DNA of 64,000 nt. Origin: Azolla caroliniana. Taxonomy: Eukaryota; Plantae; Polypodiophyta. A model generated the notes under the pieces. It did not search any database and was not told the DNA's origin. It saw only the letters and a program-made list of their open reading frames with translations. This document shows positions 59,719-64,000 of the stretch, one piece after another; the first letter of the stretch is position 1, and each line of letters begins with the position of its first letter. The stretch is taken from NCBI GenBank assembly GCA_043228905.1, contig JBHGNT010000003.1, positions 7,750,001 through 7,814,000 of the forward strand, written 5' to 3'. The position numbers were made by a program, and so were the translations under genes.

Positions 59719-62700
59719 ACAGTGAAGCTCACATGCCTTCCTTCTTTCTGCAACTGCAACAGAATTAAGGTTCAATTTGATACGACTTTGCCAGCAAATT
59801 CATTCTTTATCTTTTGTGTCTTATTTTTTCCCTTTGATCATCTCAGGTGAACTCCTACAAGCTATAGGTTTTTTTCTGAGTGCTAAGCTTGCCACATCTC
59901 CAGATTAGTAAAAGCAATAGTAGTAGGTAGTAGTAGTAGTATCATTTATGTAGGTATTTTGTCAGAGATATTAGTGATGACATTTTTCCTTACGAGCGAT
60001 CACTGAGTAGTGAGATGTACATAGGTATTAACTGCCATATTGTTGTTTTCATTACTAGCTAGGTGTGATCTCCACAGATATATGAGGTCCCCTGGTTAGT
60101 TTTAGGTTGAAGGGTTGAGGTCCACTGTATGTATGTCTGGAAAAAGGTAGTCAGTCATAAGGATTTGCAAGATGGGATGTTCTATCTTTCTTCACAGACT
60201 TGTATATATACATACATGACACTTTGGATCATTTGCAATGAACAACAATAGTGTGTTTAATGTTATATTATTATGTAGTTCCTTGTAACAAATATGTTAC
60301 AGGCTTGCTTTGTATTTGGGGATGAAACACAGAATAGCAGCATGATGTCTAAACGTCTGTTGGGCCCTGTCTTTCAGTTGCAAAATTTAAAGTGTTTTGT
60401 CAATGTTTCCATGCATTGTCTTACTCTAATGTTTTGTGTATGCAAAGATAACATTGTCTACTACTTGTGTAGTATCCATCTTACATTATATATATTTATA
60501 CATACGGATTTCGACAACTTTGTAACTGCCAAATGAGTTTATGATATTATAAAGGAAAGAAAGAGACAAGATTGATTGATTGCTTTTCTGTTGTGTTGTC
60601 TTCTTCCTTCTTGTCTCCCCTCCCTCCAGAAGTAATTCTCTTTATGTTTTTGGTGCTATGCTGCTAGCCTATCTATCTATCAATGCAGTTGAGGAGGCTA
60701 GAGAGCTCAGATCCGTACCCCCCCACATGGGATGTTTGATCACAAAATATTACCGATTGACTAAATTTCCACATCAATGTGTCAAAGCAAATGATCTCAT
60801 TGTCTCCAAACAGTTGGCCTGACCATCTCACTTTAGGCTCTCAACATTATATTGTTGAGGTGTAGTGTTTCTTCTTCTCATTGTCTCCATCACAGCTAGG
60901 ATCTGTGTTCAATTCAGGGCCCTTGGTCAATATTCTTCTACCAATTCCCTCCATTTTTGTAAACCATATATGCCTGTCCTGGATGCAAAACCCTCCCTTC
61001 CCTCCATTTACTAGCTATCACCAAAACATAGACACTGGTTACAAATGTTTGTTGAGTTGCTCTGATTTATGTAAGCCTTCGTGCCATTTGCATTTCTGTA
61101 TGTCATGGACACATGCTTAAACACTTGTACATGTATGTAGTGTTCTCGCTCGACATCAATCGAGCAATGAATTTTTTTGGGTTCTGTTTATAGCCTAAGA
61201 CGTAGGGCATATGTATGCTTTGATTCGTTCATGAAGGCTCGGCTTAGTTAGAACTTAGGGATGAATTATCCTTATTAATTCTGAAAGTTTCAAAATGCAT
61301 TCTCTTTATGCTCCTTAATGCTTCATGGTAAAAGGATGGGGACCTGATAACTTTGAATGTTTTCAGAACACTTGGTGATAATATGTTATACCTTGGTTTT
61401 CAGCGGGGTTTTCTGTATGAAGTAATGACAAGTGTACATTGTAAAACTGTAAAATATAGCCTCAAAATCTGAATGATTGATGTACTCGAAATTTATTACA
61501 AAGATGTCGGCCCAAATTGTACATGATTTGATTGATGCATTGACAATGTGTTAACATCCCGAGGTTAAATTTTTATTTTTGTACTCGATATTTGGAGGAC
61601 CGAATCCTCATCCTTCCAAGACAATGGCAATTATCTACTCCTTGTGAATCACAAAATCCCTCTTAATGTGTGGTAGTATCTCTTTTTGAAATCCTTGATA
61701 GCACATATACGGACAAAACTCATCGGTAGCTGGACAATCCATTCAAATGTGATTGTCTTTTTTCCAAGGTTGTGAACTTGTGTGTATGTGTGAAATCGAA
61801 GGAGAAACACGTGTTCGCCTCGATATCTCTGGGTTGAATGGCAAAAGAGCACGAAATCGTTTTGCATACAAAAATGGTGCTTATAGAGTTGTTTTGGGGG
61901 TTCTCGTCTTGGGGAAGAAAGGAGAGGAAGAAACTTTCTATCTATTGGTTCTATATAGTTTCTATGTATATTGGTGCTAAGGTAATGTTTTTGTTTCTAA
62001 CATATATGTTTCATAAATTGTCATAAATAGTTTTGTTAATCTCTCAAAGCCCATCCCTTTCTGGAATGGTCCTAATTGAGTGGCATATTGAATACTAGGA
62101 TTTGGAATGTGTTTATGTGATTTTAGGATGTGGAAGGCGGAATTTCTCATGTTGGTATTATGTATTGTAATTCTTTGCATAATATTGGGAATCAAAGTAT
62201 GTTTTTGGTCAACTACAACTTCTTCACATCACTAATTAATGAAAAACTACACTACCAATCATTAGTGAAAAGGAAATCCTATTTTTGTTTGTGGGGTTGC
62301 CTCTTTTAGATAGCAATGTGCACTATTTAAGTGACATTCTCATTTTATGGACAATATAGCATTACTATTTCACATCGCAAAGGTAAAGCAATTTTATCTT
62401 GCTTAATTTGTTGTACTTTGTCAGCCAACAATTCTTCTATGCATGTGCAAATGAGTCTACAATTTGAATCTATTATGGTTCAACATTTAGTGTTGTCCTA
62501 CCAATGAAATTTGATATTGGTAAAGTTACAATTGCCAAAGTGCATACATGTAGCAATTCTCCACTAAAAAAAGTGCTCACATCTGCACAAATATTGTGTT
62601 TCGATGGAAAAGAAAGTCTCAAGTTTGATTTGATCGTATGGAAAACTTTGGCTTGATAATTTATGTAGCACATCATAGCCTTTAGGGTATTGTGAACTAG

Positions 62701-63553
62701 GTTTCATGTACCTCGCCCATATATTAAGGCAAGGACTTTGTGAAAAAAAGAGAGATTCTATTTTCATTCTTTGTAGGTCAAATATAACACATGAGACCAA
62801 GAATAAAATGTTTTAGTAATGCTTTGAAAGCTCGCCTTAAAAGGAGCAACCTCATATATGCTTTTGAAAAACATATCTTTTCGTGTGCATAATGATAACA
62901 CCATAAAAATATGTGGATGTATGTTTGCAGAATCTAGCTATTGCTCATGCTTTAATGTTTAAGCATGAAGGTGAACATGCAAACATTTTTGCCAGATCAT
63001 TATTGTTTTAACTAGTGTGATTGTGGTTAAGGCAATATATGATTACGTGTTAGATTTATATAGGAATGTGTGATTTGTTTTTGTAAAATCGAATCCAAGG
63101 ATTGTTGATGAACATAGAATTGGTTCTAATATGGACATGGATTCGCAATATACTAAGTAGAATTGAATTTAAAGGACAAACAATATGCATAGATCACTTG
63201 AGTCTACCATCGTGTGTACGTGTCATGGTTGCTTGCACAAAGTGCATTCCAAAACCTTCTAGAATGAAGGAGAAGCCCAAAAATGAATGGGGTTTTTTTC
63301 ATTTCGAAACAAAACAATGGAGTCACAACAAATAATGAGTGCAGTTTATTAGATTTGAGCCAAGAATTTTCAATTTCGAAATGCTAGTTTGGTGAGCCTT
63401 GGTTATTGCAATGCTACAAATTTAATCCCTAATATTAGTTAATGTAAGTCACATTCTACATTTTCAATTAACTATTAGCGTGAATCATTAAAAACCTTTC
63501 CTTAGTAGTATTTTATAAAATAAATTTATTTTTATGACAATTATCTACATCAA

Positions 63554-63624
63554 GCACTGGTGGTCTAGTGGTAGAATAGTACCCTGCCACGGTACAGACC
63601 CGGGTTCGATTCCCGGCCAGTGCA
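63554..63624 (+). tRNA. tRNA-Gly (GCC)
   Basis: 71 nt; acceptor GCACTGG/CCAGTGC-A; anticodon arm GTACC-CTGCCAC-GGTAC; T arm CCGGG-TTCGATT-CCCGG; CAA upstream; T4/T5 runs downstream. Confidence 0.97.
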
Positions 63625-63706
63625 TTCTATTTAAACATTGTTCCTTTTGTTTTTCTAAGAGTAAAGAACCTACGACGACCGTAATAAAAACAATGTTTAA
63701 ATAGAA

Positions 63707-63777
63707 TGCACTGGCCGGGAATCGAACCCGGGTCTGTACCGTGGCAGGGTACTATTCTACCACTAGACCACCAGTGC
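63707..63777 (-). tRNA. tRNA-Gly (GCC), identical convergent copy
   Basis: Exact reverse complement of 63554-63624, with its own T5 terminator at 63686-63690. Confidence 0.97.
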
Positions 63778-64000
63778 TTGATGGGAAGTACTAAGGTCAT
63801 TTCTACTAATGTTTGTATTTTGCACTTTACTTATCCAAATCCTAATATTTACTCCTAATTAGTAAACAATCATGTTTCACCATTCTCAATGCTATCTAAG
63901 ACCATTTGAATTTGACATTTTGTAACCACATGTAGTACGAGAAGATGTGACCATTGCCATATACAATTTGGCCAAAGTCACCACTTACATTTGAGGTTGA

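Noticed and set aside
60000-63400. Short ORFs as exons or a DNA-transposase relic
   Set aside because: AT-rich, with no recognisable motifs or consistent frame.

Overview
Repeat-dense land-plant nuclear DNA; a fern- or lycophyte-like origin is my inference from the TE types. Positions 1-51 kb are a stack of nested retroelements, most resolved by LTR termini, PBS/PPT and 5-bp target-site duplications (TSDs). An LTR element with an extra 3' ORF (32236-33338) hosts a minus-strand chromovirus (28354-32235), which is cut by a tRNA-Trp-primed Ty3/gypsy 'G' (2219-28353). G carries Copia A (10168-27048), A carries Copia B (11346-22057), and B carries Copia C (13073-18331, LTRs identical by eye). Two tandem minus-strand L1-type LINEs follow, one holding a solo LTR and the other Copia D (42430-48828). 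The distal 13 kb has two hAT MITEs, an intronless calmodulin-like (CML) gene preceded by a tandem array of uORF plus splice-donor cassettes, and two identical tRNA-Gly(GCC) genes in a perfect 95-bp inverted repeat. Most notable: the uORF/exon cassette array, a second diverged gag downstream of pol in G, the tRNA inverted repeat, and a 56-bp-period hairpin array in the chromovirus leader. All alignments were done by eye.
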